Source: Octopus sinensis
Lineage: Eukaryota
Reading direction: 5' to 3'
DNA: 64,000 bases
NCBI RefSeq assembly: GCF_006345805.1
Contig: NC_043009.1
Coordinates: 52,824,001 to 52,888,000 of the forward strand
Positions 59,701 to 64,000 of this stretch are shown piece after piece. Both the position numbers and the translations under genes were made by a program. Each line of letters opens with the position of its first letter. Positions within the stretch are counted from its first letter, which is position 1. The notes beneath the pieces were generated by a model. It did no database searches and had not been told where the DNA came from. It was given only the letters and a program-made list of their open reading frames with translations.

Positions 59701-60805
59701 AAGGATCTCTGAAGTGACGTTACTTGACAGGATGTGTAACTTGAAAATCAGAAGTTTCTTAAAGTTGAGCTGCTGCTTCTCCAAGCTGAGAAGTCACAAC
59801 TCCACTACTACAAGTGGACATGTAATTAAGAATGTTGAAGGAAGGAGTCACAAGATGGATTTTTCAAGTCACGCCGACTGGCAGAGACTTACTAGTAGAC
59901 CAAGAACAAGATGATTAGATAATATACAAAATCTCAGTCAGTCACACTTGGGTATCCAACCAGAAAGAGTAATACTGGTTGCTTCTGATAGAATCCAATG
60001 GAGGAGGTGCTTGAAGAGTTTACAGTAACAACCTTCTTAAGAATAGTGAGCAGAGAAGATGTTAGGATGAAATAATACATTGGTCAAGCTGATAGATGAT
60101 GTTCGTTGGTCAAGTTGTTGGGAAAAAATTACTGTAAAACTTCAAATTACACATCACTCTTCTTATTTGTTTTTATTTGTTTATTATTGTTGTTTTTGGC
60201 TTTGTTTGGTTAAGTGATTTATCTTTATTGCTCATTACTACTTTACACAAGGAGTGAGCATGCATGTGGGAATGGGTTAATATTATTCCAAGGAATAGTT
60301 TAAAACAGATTTTATTTATTTTACAGTGTGTATGCCAAAAAATAGATGTAAAACACAATGATTCACACAAAAGGAAACAAACATTATGACGAAAAAATTA
60401 AGGTGAAATCTTGAAACACACACTTTCAGAAGACATCCAAAATCAGATAGCTGTGAAAGAGATGAAGATAATCCTTCTGATACAGTATTATGCAACCTCT
60501 GTTTACACAATACAAAAGCTCTTGTTTCAAAGTATTTTTGATCTAAATGAAAAGCCCTCTATCATAATGTAAATGACCTTCCATTCAGTTCTGAGCTGTA
60601 CATCTGCTTAATAATGGAAAAGTCAGTTATCTTACTAAATTTCTTACTAGATCGTTAATTTTAAAGACTTGATTGAAACGCTGTTGGTATATTTTAAAAG
60701 TATTTTCAAGGAAGTATTTTCTAAGAGAAAGAGTGAACTTACCCCAGCATATGCTAACCAACCACGGCCATTATGGAAATTCTCTTTGCAACTGTACACA
60801 TGACC
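446..60805 (-). CDS. MYCBP2: E3 ubiquitin ligase MYCBP2/Highwire/RPM-1 orthologue, internal 35-exon segment (partial gene)
   Basis: 35 GT-AG exons join in frame (4824 nt, no stops). Peptides match recalled human MYCBP2 collinearly, e.g. [83 protein letters not shown]. Confidence 0.97.
650..1330. repeat. (GA)n/GAGAGCAACA purine-rich simple repeat
   Basis: Direct reading; source of the spurious LS/RE ORFs. Confidence 0.95.
1452..1552 (-). CDS. MYCBP2: MYCBP2 exon w34 (101 nt, 1-0)
   Basis: [33 protein letters not shown]. Confidence 0.94.
3210..3349 (-). CDS. MYCBP2: MYCBP2 exon w33 (140 nt, 2-1)
   Basis: [46 protein letters not shown]. Confidence 0.88.
3508..3781. mobile_element. Fold-back (long inverted repeat) element
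   Basis: Arms ~125 bp with a perfect 22-bp core 3595-3616/3675-3696; same family at 47161-47515. Confidence 0.8.
3872..4050 (-). CDS. MYCBP2: MYCBP2 exon w32 (179 nt, 0-2), PHR2 end
   Basis: [59 protein letters not shown]. Confidence 0.97.
4100..4480. repeat. ~23-bp minisatellite (GTACTGTAGAGCAGAGGGATTGG), degenerate edges
   Basis: Period 23 at 4223/4246/4269. Confidence 0.85.
5700..5940 (-). mobile_element. Degenerate RTE ORF C-terminal fragment
   Basis: Minus strand reads [18 protein letters not shown]...WMCNISVH, parallel to 15300-15480. Confidence 0.65.
6123..6263 (-). CDS. MYCBP2: MYCBP2 exon w31 (141 nt, 0-0), PHR2
   Basis: [47 protein letters not shown]. Confidence 0.95.
7252..7464 (-). 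CDS. MYCBP2: MYCBP2 exon w30 (213 nt, 0-0), PHR2
   Basis: [55 protein letters not shown]...[10 protein letters not shown]. Confidence 0.97.
8003..8425 (-). CDS. MYCBP2: MYCBP2 exon w29 (423 nt, 0-0)
   Basis: [32 protein letters not shown]...[10 protein letters not shown]...[11 protein letters not shown]...[11 protein letters not shown]. Confidence 0.96.
8585..8730 (+). mobile_element. 3' remnant of a third RTE-like LINE, CAAGTA/AAGT tail
   Basis: ...[16 protein letters not shown]...STRPG*, then ACAAGTACAAGTAAGTAAGT. Confidence 0.6.
9250..9500 (-). mobile_element. tRNA-derived SINE family 3 (CORE-like plus V-domain-like segment)
   Basis: Minus strand head GGCTTAGTGGTTAGG...GTTTCAATTCC, then TTGAGCAAAACACTT and CTGCGATGGGCTGGCGTCCCGTCCAG. 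Related heads at ~5020-5270, 42830-43060, 48772-49150, 53325-53625, 58640-58960. Confidence 0.75.
10355..10542. mobile_element. Fold-back/MITE with internal 22-bp palindrome
   Basis: ~65-bp imperfect arms; ATCCCAAACTCGAGTTTGGGAT at 10423-10444. Confidence 0.7.
11345..11623. mobile_element. Fold-back element
   Basis: ~135-bp arms, 9-nt loop (11481-11489), perfect 32-bp core 11405-11436/11534-11565. Confidence 0.85.
11840..12114 (-). CDS. MYCBP2: MYCBP2 exon w28 (275 nt, 1-0)
   Basis: [27 protein letters not shown]...[32 protein letters not shown]. Confidence 0.96.
12600..13025. mobile_element. Two head-to-head copies of a tRNA-headed element carrying a hammerhead-like motif
   Basis: Arms ~12635-12800 and ~12817-13020 are diverged reverse complements; B-box GTTCGATTCC, (AAT)n, then CTGATGA...GAAA. 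Confidence 0.7.
13633..13825 (-). CDS. MYCBP2: MYCBP2 exon w27 (193 nt, 0-1)
   Basis: [64 protein letters not shown]. Confidence 0.94.
14549..15715 (-). mobile_element. 5'-truncated RTE-clade LINE (family A): ORF C-terminus, ~500-nt 3' UTR, (TGA)n-type tail
   Basis: Minus-strand peptides [66 protein letters not shown], with stops/frameshifts; continuous with the abundant CATGGAAAACGGACRTTAAA-(TGA)n end. Confidence 0.88.
15929..16322. repeat. 16-bp minisatellite (GGCAGCGACTGACGCT), ~24 units
   Basis: Direct reading; starts ~20 nt from the w26 donor. Confidence 0.95.
16343..16439 (-). CDS. MYCBP2: MYCBP2 exon w26 (97 nt, 2-0)
   Basis: [32 protein letters not shown]. Confidence 0.92.
16907..16990 (-). 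CDS. MYCBP2: MYCBP2 exon w25 (84 nt, 2-2), PHR1 end
   Basis: [27 protein letters not shown]. Confidence 0.97.
18542..18676 (-). CDS. MYCBP2: MYCBP2 exon w24 (135 nt, 2-2), PHR1
   Basis: [44 protein letters not shown]. Confidence 0.96.
18932..19023 (-). CDS. MYCBP2: MYCBP2 exon w23 (92 nt, 0-2), PHR1
   Basis: [30 protein letters not shown]. Confidence 0.96.
19455..19750 (-). mobile_element. RTE family A 3' UTR copy (5'-truncated)
   Basis: Near-identical to 30085-30340. Other minus copies at ~38112-38335, 56917-57175, 58072-58395, 61253-61437, 62672-62850. Confidence 0.85.
20248..20301 (+). CDS. ASAP: ASAP-family ArfGAP, BAR-domain exon a (54 nt, 0-0), antisense inside MYCBP2 intron w22-w23
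   Basis: ttatttgttgcag|[18 protein letters not shown]|gtaagt; recalled human ASAP1 [18 protein letters not shown]. Too short for the supplied ORF track. Confidence 0.85.
21035..21495. repeat. 32-bp minisatellite (TTTTGGCACCGATGGCTCTCCATACTTTACGA), ~14 units
   Basis: Direct, head-to-tail, no spacers; lies in the intron between the ASAP-like exons. Confidence 0.95.
21662..21747 (+). CDS. ASAP: ASAP-family ArfGAP, BAR-domain exon b (86 nt, 0-2)
   Basis: ttcttcttctgtttgttggcag|[28 protein letters not shown]+AC|gtaagt; recalled human ASAP1 [28 protein letters not shown]; joins exon a in frame. Confidence 0.88.
22404..22531 (-). CDS. MYCBP2: MYCBP2 exon w22 (128 nt, 1-0), PHR1
   Basis: [42 protein letters not shown]. 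Confidence 0.97.
22699..22824 (-). CDS. MYCBP2: MYCBP2 exon w21 (126 nt, 1-1)
   Basis: [41 protein letters not shown]. Confidence 0.95.
24632..24838 (+). mobile_element. 3' remnant of a fourth RTE-like LINE, (CAAGGTGAT)2 tail
   Basis: [31 protein letters not shown] resembles the RTE terminal GRP..RW.DD...WM..A.DR..W motif. Confidence 0.6.
25221..25390 (-). CDS. MYCBP2: MYCBP2 exon w20 (170 nt, 2-1)
   Basis: [56 protein letters not shown]. Confidence 0.92.
26024..26098 (-). CDS. MYCBP2: MYCBP2 exon w19 (75 nt, 2-2)
   Basis: [24 protein letters not shown]. Confidence 0.93.
26520..26930. repeat. Higher-order repeat: 100-bp dimer of ~50-bp monomers
   Basis: AAACACAGAGAAGGGAG recurs at 26671, 26771, 26871. 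Confidence 0.85.
27482..27700. mobile_element. piggyBac-type MITE (219 bp)
   Basis: TTAA|CCCTTTAG...CTAAAGGG|TTAA. Degenerate relatives at ~20740-20965, 44745-44810, 47840-48048, 63383-63490. Confidence 0.85.
28548..28626 (-). CDS. MYCBP2: MYCBP2 exon w18 (79 nt, 1-2)
   Basis: [25 protein letters not shown] vs recalled human KCLLINKVDGSCK. Confidence 0.92.
30075..30582 (-). mobile_element. RTE family A 3' UTR copy with ~60-bp tandem subrepeats and a terminal fold-back
   Basis: (CAT)n tail at 30075-30100, repeated ATGTGCCACCGACACAGGTGCCAGA units, 55-bp inverted arm at 30528-30582. Confidence 0.85.
30640..30990 (-). mobile_element. Degenerate RTE reverse transcriptase fragment
   Basis: [12 protein letters not shown]...LRKL...QAINRDAVS resembles RTE RT (KPLY-AFVDLEKAFD motif). 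Confidence 0.75.
31153..31284 (-). CDS. MYCBP2: MYCBP2 exon w17 (132 nt, 1-1)
   Basis: [43 protein letters not shown]. Confidence 0.96.
31340..31910. repeat. Compound (TA)n/(CA)n microsatellite; similar tracts at 19750-19968, 49480-50140, 5484-5560 (CT), 6615-6725 (AAT)
   Basis: Direct reading. Confidence 0.95.
31761..33078. repeat. Tandem duplication, period 659 bp
   Basis: ~470 bp of non-microsatellite sequence (31912-32385) is repeated without visible mismatch 659 bp later; breakpoints lie in (TA)n. Confidence 0.92.
34678..34771 (-). CDS. MYCBP2: MYCBP2 exon w16 (94 nt, 0-1)
   Basis: [31 protein letters not shown]; weak donor gttggt chosen because w17 needs phase 1. Confidence 0.88.
36100..36214 (-). 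CDS. MYCBP2: MYCBP2 exon w15 (115 nt, 2-0), RCC1 repeat
   Basis: [38 protein letters not shown]. Confidence 0.95.
37146..37227 (-). CDS. MYCBP2: MYCBP2 exon w14 (82 nt, 1-2), RCC1 repeat
   Basis: [26 protein letters not shown]. Confidence 0.96.
39235..39354 (-). CDS. MYCBP2: MYCBP2 exon w13 (120 nt, 1-1)
   Basis: [39 protein letters not shown]. Confidence 0.93.
39898..40005 (-). CDS. MYCBP2: MYCBP2 exon w12 (108 nt, 1-1), basic linker
   Basis: [35 protein letters not shown]; good splice sites and open frame, little recognisable similarity to human. Confidence 0.75.
40880..41570. repeat. (GACA)n-based compound repeat with CATGAACA interruptions
   Basis: Direct reading. Confidence 0.95.
41625..41782 (-). 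CDS. MYCBP2: MYCBP2 exon w11 (158 nt, 2-1), Cys-rich insert
   Basis: [52 protein letters not shown]. Confidence 0.93.
41849..42080 (+). mobile_element. tRNA-derived SINE family 1, full length
   Basis: A/B-box head (TGGCAGAACTG, GTTCAAATTCC), central CTTTCATCCTTTCGGGGTCGATAAA domain, probable TSD GATACTAGCAG at 41833 and 42083. Other copies at ~1967-2400 (two in tandem, -), 14350-14530, 17130-17320, 17600-17735, 22250-22362, 29530-29730, 35440-35580, 46885-47100. Confidence 0.85.
43846..44210 (-). mobile_element. 5'-truncated RTE/RTE-X-like LINE (family B)
   Basis: [48 protein letters not shown]...LLLWKP...[16 protein letters not shown], then (TGA)n. Confidence 0.85.
44338..44502 (+). mobile_element. 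RTE family A 3' end, plus-strand copy
   Basis: GGAGTGGTTGGCATTAGGAAGGGCATCCAGCTGTAGAAAC...GGACGTTAAACGATGATGATG. Other plus copies at ~46240-46393, 49325-49475, 63845-64000. Confidence 0.85.
44551..44662 (-). CDS. MYCBP2: MYCBP2 exon w10 (112 nt, 1-2), Cys-rich insert
   Basis: [36 protein letters not shown]. Confidence 0.96.
45781..45849 (-). CDS. MYCBP2: MYCBP2 exon w9 (69 nt, 1-1), acidic linker
   Basis: [22 protein letters not shown]; ends in conserved CPPG. Confidence 0.9.
47161..47515. mobile_element. Fold-back element, same family as 3508-3781
   Basis: Terminal TATTGTTATATTTCA/TGAAATATAACAATA; inner TGTGACCTCTTCAG/CTGAAGAGGTCACA. Confidence 0.8.
47602..47757 (-). CDS. MYCBP2: MYCBP2 exon w8 (156 nt, 1-1), RCC1-like
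   Basis: [51 protein letters not shown]; donor gtcagt. Confidence 0.95.
48141..48360. mobile_element. piggyBac-type MITE (220 bp) nested in a related element
   Basis: Perfect 12-bp TIR CCCTTTCGTTAC/GTAACGAAAGGG with TTAA on both sides. Confidence 0.88.
49686..49863. repeat. Perfect inverted repeat, 85-bp arms, 8-nt loop
   Basis: 49686-49770 is the exact reverse complement of 49779-49863. Confidence 0.95.
50364..50531 (-). CDS. MYCBP2: MYCBP2 exon w7 (168 nt, 1-1), RCC1-like
   Basis: [55 protein letters not shown]. Confidence 0.96.
51450..51849 (-). mobile_element. Non-autonomous Helitron (400 bp)
   Basis: Minus strand A|TC...CTAG|T; GC hairpin CCCGGCATTGCTCGGG (51462-51477) 8 nt from the CTAG; internal ~105-bp duplication. 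Confidence 0.85.
52048..52258 (-). CDS. MYCBP2: MYCBP2 exon w6 (211 nt, 0-1), RCC1-like
   Basis: [70 protein letters not shown]. Confidence 0.96.
52425..52629 (+). mobile_element. LINE family B 3' end
   Basis: [59 protein letters not shown], stop codon being the first TGA of the tail. Confidence 0.85.
53797..53873 (-). CDS. MYCBP2: MYCBP2 exon w5 (77 nt, 1-0), start of RCC1-like region
   Basis: [25 protein letters not shown]|gtaagt. Confidence 0.95.
54125..54687. repeat. 16-bp minisatellite (GCACGGGGATAGAGCA), ~35 units
   Basis: Direct reading. Confidence 0.95.
54985..55126 (-). CDS. MYCBP2: MYCBP2 exon w4 (142 nt, 0-1)
   Basis: [47 protein letters not shown]; KLARKC conserved. Confidence 0.93.
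56290..56737. repeat. (CA)n/(CG) alternating purine-pyrimidine tract, ~450 bp
   Basis: Direct reading. Confidence 0.95.
57306..57524. mobile_element. Tc1/mariner-type MITE (~220 bp)
   Basis: TA-flanked; TIR GTGCTGAAAAGTTCCT(T/G)GCTTT / AAAGCCAGGAACTTTTCAGCAC. Second copy ~28185-28404, partial inverted copy ~63672-63812. Confidence 0.85.
57749..57819 (-). CDS. MYCBP2: MYCBP2 exon w3 (71 nt, 1-0)
   Basis: [23 protein letters not shown] vs recalled human ILFTDGEYINQIAASRD. Confidence 0.9.
59035..59131 (-). CDS. MYCBP2: MYCBP2 exon w2 (97 nt, 0-1)
   Basis: strong pyrimidine tract ttcttctttttacag|[32 protein letters not shown]|gttagt; phase and length fit between w1 and w3. Confidence 0.8.
59640..59930 (+). 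mobile_element. Highly degenerate RTE-like ORF 3' fragment
   Basis: [22 protein letters not shown]... then GHV motif after a frameshift. Confidence 0.55.
60743..60805 (-). CDS. MYCBP2: MYCBP2 exon w1 (63 nt, phase 0-0)
   Basis: ttacag|[21 protein letters not shown]|gtaagt; aligns to recalled human GHIYNS...SWLGYAQ. Confidence 0.85.
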
Positions 60806-61441
60806 CTGTAAAGTGAAAAGACAAATACAGAAAGAGAAAATAAAATAATTTTAAAAAATGGTGAACTAGGTCCTGAAAAGAACCGCATCATATCATTTAC
60901 AAGCTCCATAATTCTCTATAGTCATTGCTTTCTATATTGTGTATGTTTATATATAGCATGATCGCCATCTGTATATAATGCATGTGTTTGTATGTATATC
61001 ATCATCATCATCATCATAGAGTGCATGTCTGTGTACATGTTTGTTTATTGTATTATCACTTTCATTGTTTTTACATCTGCTTTTCCATGCTGGGACAGGA
61101 AGGCCAGAACTCTCAAAACCTTTTGAGACACATGGCATTTTAGCATGTATAGCCAAAAAGACCAAAATGTATTGAGATTGAAAATGACGGGTGCATGTAG
61201 AAAACAAAGAATAGAGTACCCAAAACTACTTTATTAGTATGTAAACTATATATCATCATCTTCTAACGTCCGTTTTCCATGCTGGCATGGGTTGGATGAT
61301 TTGACTGAGGACTGGCAAGCCAGGAGGCTGCACCAGGCTCCAATCTGCTCTGGCAAAGTTTCTACAGCTGGATGCGCTTCTTAATGCAAGCCACTCCGAG
61401 AGTGTAGTGGGTGCTTTTTACATGCCACTGGCACAGGATTA

Positions 61442-61476
<35 letters not shown>

Positions 61477-61502
61477 TTATTTATATATATATATATATAT
61501 AT

Positions 61503-61900
61503 AGGCGCAGGAGTGGCGTGTGGTAAGTAGCTTGCTAACAAACCACATGGTTCCAGGTTCAGTCCCACTGCGTGGCACCTTGGGCGAGTGTCTTCTACTA
61601 TAGCCCCGGCCCGACCAATGCCTTGTGAGTGGATTTGTAGACGGAAACTGAAAGAAGCCTGTCGTGTATATATATATTAAGTGTGTGTGTATATGTTTGC
61701 GTGTCTGTGTTTGTCCCCCTAGCATTGCTTGACAACCAATGCTGGTGTGTTTACGTTCCCGTCACTTAGCAGTTCGGCAAAAGAGACCAATAGAATAAGT
61801 ACTGGGCTTACAAAGAATAAGTCCCGGGGTCAATTTGCTCGACTAAAGGCGGTGCTCCAGCATGGCCAAAATGACTGAAACAAGTAAAAGAGTAAAGAGT
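61503..61900 (+). mobile_element. tRNA-derived SINE family 2 (CORE-like, internal microsatellite), full length
   Basis: Head GGAGTGGCGTGTGGTAAG...GGTTCAGTCCC, CORE-like GGCACCTTGGGCGAGTGTCTT, internal (TA)n/(TG)n, tail ATGACTGAAACAAGTAAAAGAG. Other copies at ~36667-37066, 34195-34578, 42195-42602, 45236-45535 (+) and 32740-33245, 55460-55615, 55800-55950, 56737-56870 (-). Confidence 0.85.
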
Positions 61901-61929
<29 letters not shown>

Positions 61930-61931
<2 letters not shown>

Positions 61932-62652
61932 CATTATCATTTAACGTCCGTTTTCCATGCTAGCATGGGTTGGACGGTTTTGACTGAGGGCTGGCAACCA
62001 GATGGCTGCACCAGGTTCCAGTCTTGATCTGGCAGAGTTTCTACAGCTGGATGCCCTTCCTAACGCCAACCACTCCGATAGTGTAGTGGGTGCTTTTTAC
62101 GTGCCACCTGCACGGGGTCCAATCAGGCGGTACTGGCAATGACCTCGCTCAAATCTTTTTACACATGCCAACGATACAGGTGCCAGTGAAGCGACAATGG
62201 TAACGATCATGCTCGAATGGTGCCCTTTTACGTGCCACGGGTACGGAAGCCAGTTGGCTGCTCTGGCAACGATCACAACGATCACGCTCGGGTGGTGTTC
62301 TTGGCACCCTACTTGCACAGGCATAAGTGCCAGTAAGGCAACACTGGTAGCGATCATACTCAAATAGCCTCTCTGTCAATGATCACACTCATATGGTGCT
62401 CTTTGCACCCCGCTAGCTCAGATGCCAGTCATCGAAATGATTTGATTTCGATTTTGATTTGATTTTGATTTTGATTTGATTTCATTTGCCTCAACAGGTC
62501 TTCGCAAGCAAAGTTTAGTGACCAAAGAAGAAAAAGCTACACATAAGCGGGCTGGTTATGCTCCTGGCATAGGCCACGGGTTATGGTTTCATCTGGCTTG
62601 CCGGATCTTCTCATGCACAGTATATTTCCAAAGGTCTCGGTCGCTAGTCATA
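61930..62652 (-). mobile_element. RTE family A related copy: ORF end plus ~660-nt 3' UTR
   Basis: MTSDRDLWKYTVHEKIRQAR*, then an (ATCAA)-like tract, tandem GGCAC-containing subrepeats and the same terminal segment. Confidence 0.82.
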
Positions 62653-63489
62653 GGAACATCAAGTTAACATGTCATCATTGTTAACACTTAATGTCCATGT
62701 TCCATGTTGGCATGGGTTGGATGGTTTGATAGAAACTGATGTGTACAAGGGCTGCATCAAGCTCCAATGTCTGTTATGGCATGATTTTTATGGCCGGATG
62801 CCCTTCCTAACACCAGTCACTTTACAGCATAGACTGGATGCTTTTTTTGTGCCACCTACACTATTGAGGTCACCATACAGTTCACAGGACTACGGGCACT
62901 GGAGTAGGTGAGGGACAGGACAGCTTCATCCTATGAGAGTTGGGGTAGAACAGGTTCCATGCGCAGATCCAGAGATCTGCATGGCTACTCACATCTAGTA
63001 TAGGGAAAAAAGGATGGTGGTGGTGGTGATGGGGAAATGATTAGTAGGAGCTGCAAGACATAGATAATGGTGATAAGGTACCCAGGTGGCCCCAGAAAGC
63101 ACAAGCTGAATCCAAGTTCTAAATCCTGACTCACTGTAGACCTGGCACTCACTTCCAAAACAGCCTGCAAATAAATAATCTTCTGGACTGTGTAATAAGA
63201 AGGGACAGAATAAGGACGAAAGTAATCCCATATTTAGGTGTATATACATGTTACTCTGATGGGTTTGAATTAGAGTGTAACTTTAAACTTTGAAAAATAA
63301 ATTATTGTCACTGCTCAGAAACACCACAAAATGTCAGCAAGAGATTGAAGATTAAAATGAGAACAAAGAATTTGGAAAGAGTTTAACCTTTAACATTCAG
63401 ATTACTCTGTCAAATGTAATGCTTATTTATCCTCATTATTTTGAATTAATCATTCATTATCTGGCAGCTTGCAGATTTTGATGATATAA

Positions 63490-63672
63490 AGGTTTATCTT
63501 TTATATAGGGAGAATTCACAAAAAAAAAGACGCAGACAGGTGGTGTAGACAACAAACAGATGTATTAGTTTAACGCTCGGGAAGTGGAAAAGTCTTAAAC
63601 GTTTCGAACCTACACTCTTCCACAGAAAGGAACACAGAAAGAAACAAGGAGAGAAAATAAAGAATGTGTAGA
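63490..63672 (-). mobile_element. Short element with a hammerhead-like motif, interrupting a TTAA MITE
   Basis: Minus strand CTTT-CTGTGGA-A-GAGT-GTAG-GTTC-GAAACGTT at 63591-63630; flanked by two truncated MITEs. Confidence 0.5.
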
Positions 63673-64000
63673 GGCTAGAAAAAAACTGAAGGACCACTGC
63701 AATAAGTGTGCGAATCTGAGAGGGGAAATATGTTCAATAAAATTATAATTAACTGATCCTCTCGTATTTTGCTTTGCCCAAAGCCAGGAACTTTTCAACA
63801 CCCCTTTATACATATATATATATCTCATCCTTTAATATATGGCAAGTAAAAAGCACCCAGTACACTATTAAGTGATTAGCATTAGGAAGGGCATCCAGCC
63901 ATAGAAACTAGGCCACAACAGACAACAGGAGTCTGGGCAGCTCCATGCCAAGCCGTCCAACCCATGCAAGCATGGAAAGCAGACATTAAATGATGATGAT

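Noticed and set aside
62985-63249. Minus-strand ORFs with an acceptor, tested as the exon upstream of w1
   Set aside because: No match to the expected LYKIGSGY-GT motif in any frame.

Overview
AT-rich, microsatellite-dense animal genomic DNA. The repeat families and SINE types point to a coleoid cephalopod, most likely Octopus (inference). The backbone is the central part of a MYCBP2/Highwire/RPM-1 (PHR family) E3 ligase gene on the minus strand. I reconstructed 35 consecutive GT-AG exons (w1-w35, 60805 down to 446) whose phases join into one open 4824-nt (1608-codon) frame covering the RCC1-like domains, the Cys-rich insert and both PHR domains; start and stop codons lie outside the window. 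The most unexpected feature is two intact, phase-compatible plus-strand exons (20248-20301, 21662-21747) encoding part of an ASAP-family ArfGAP BAR domain, nested antisense in a MYCBP2 intron, with no other ASAP exon recognisable in the 64 kb. The introns hold RTE-clade LINE remnants, three tRNA-headed SINE families, TTAA- and TA-flanked MITEs, a non-autonomous Helitron and many minisatellites. They also hold two hammerhead-ribozyme-like motifs and seven long fold-back structures, two of them with perfect 55- and 85-bp arms. Homologue comparisons are from recalled sequences; no searches were run.
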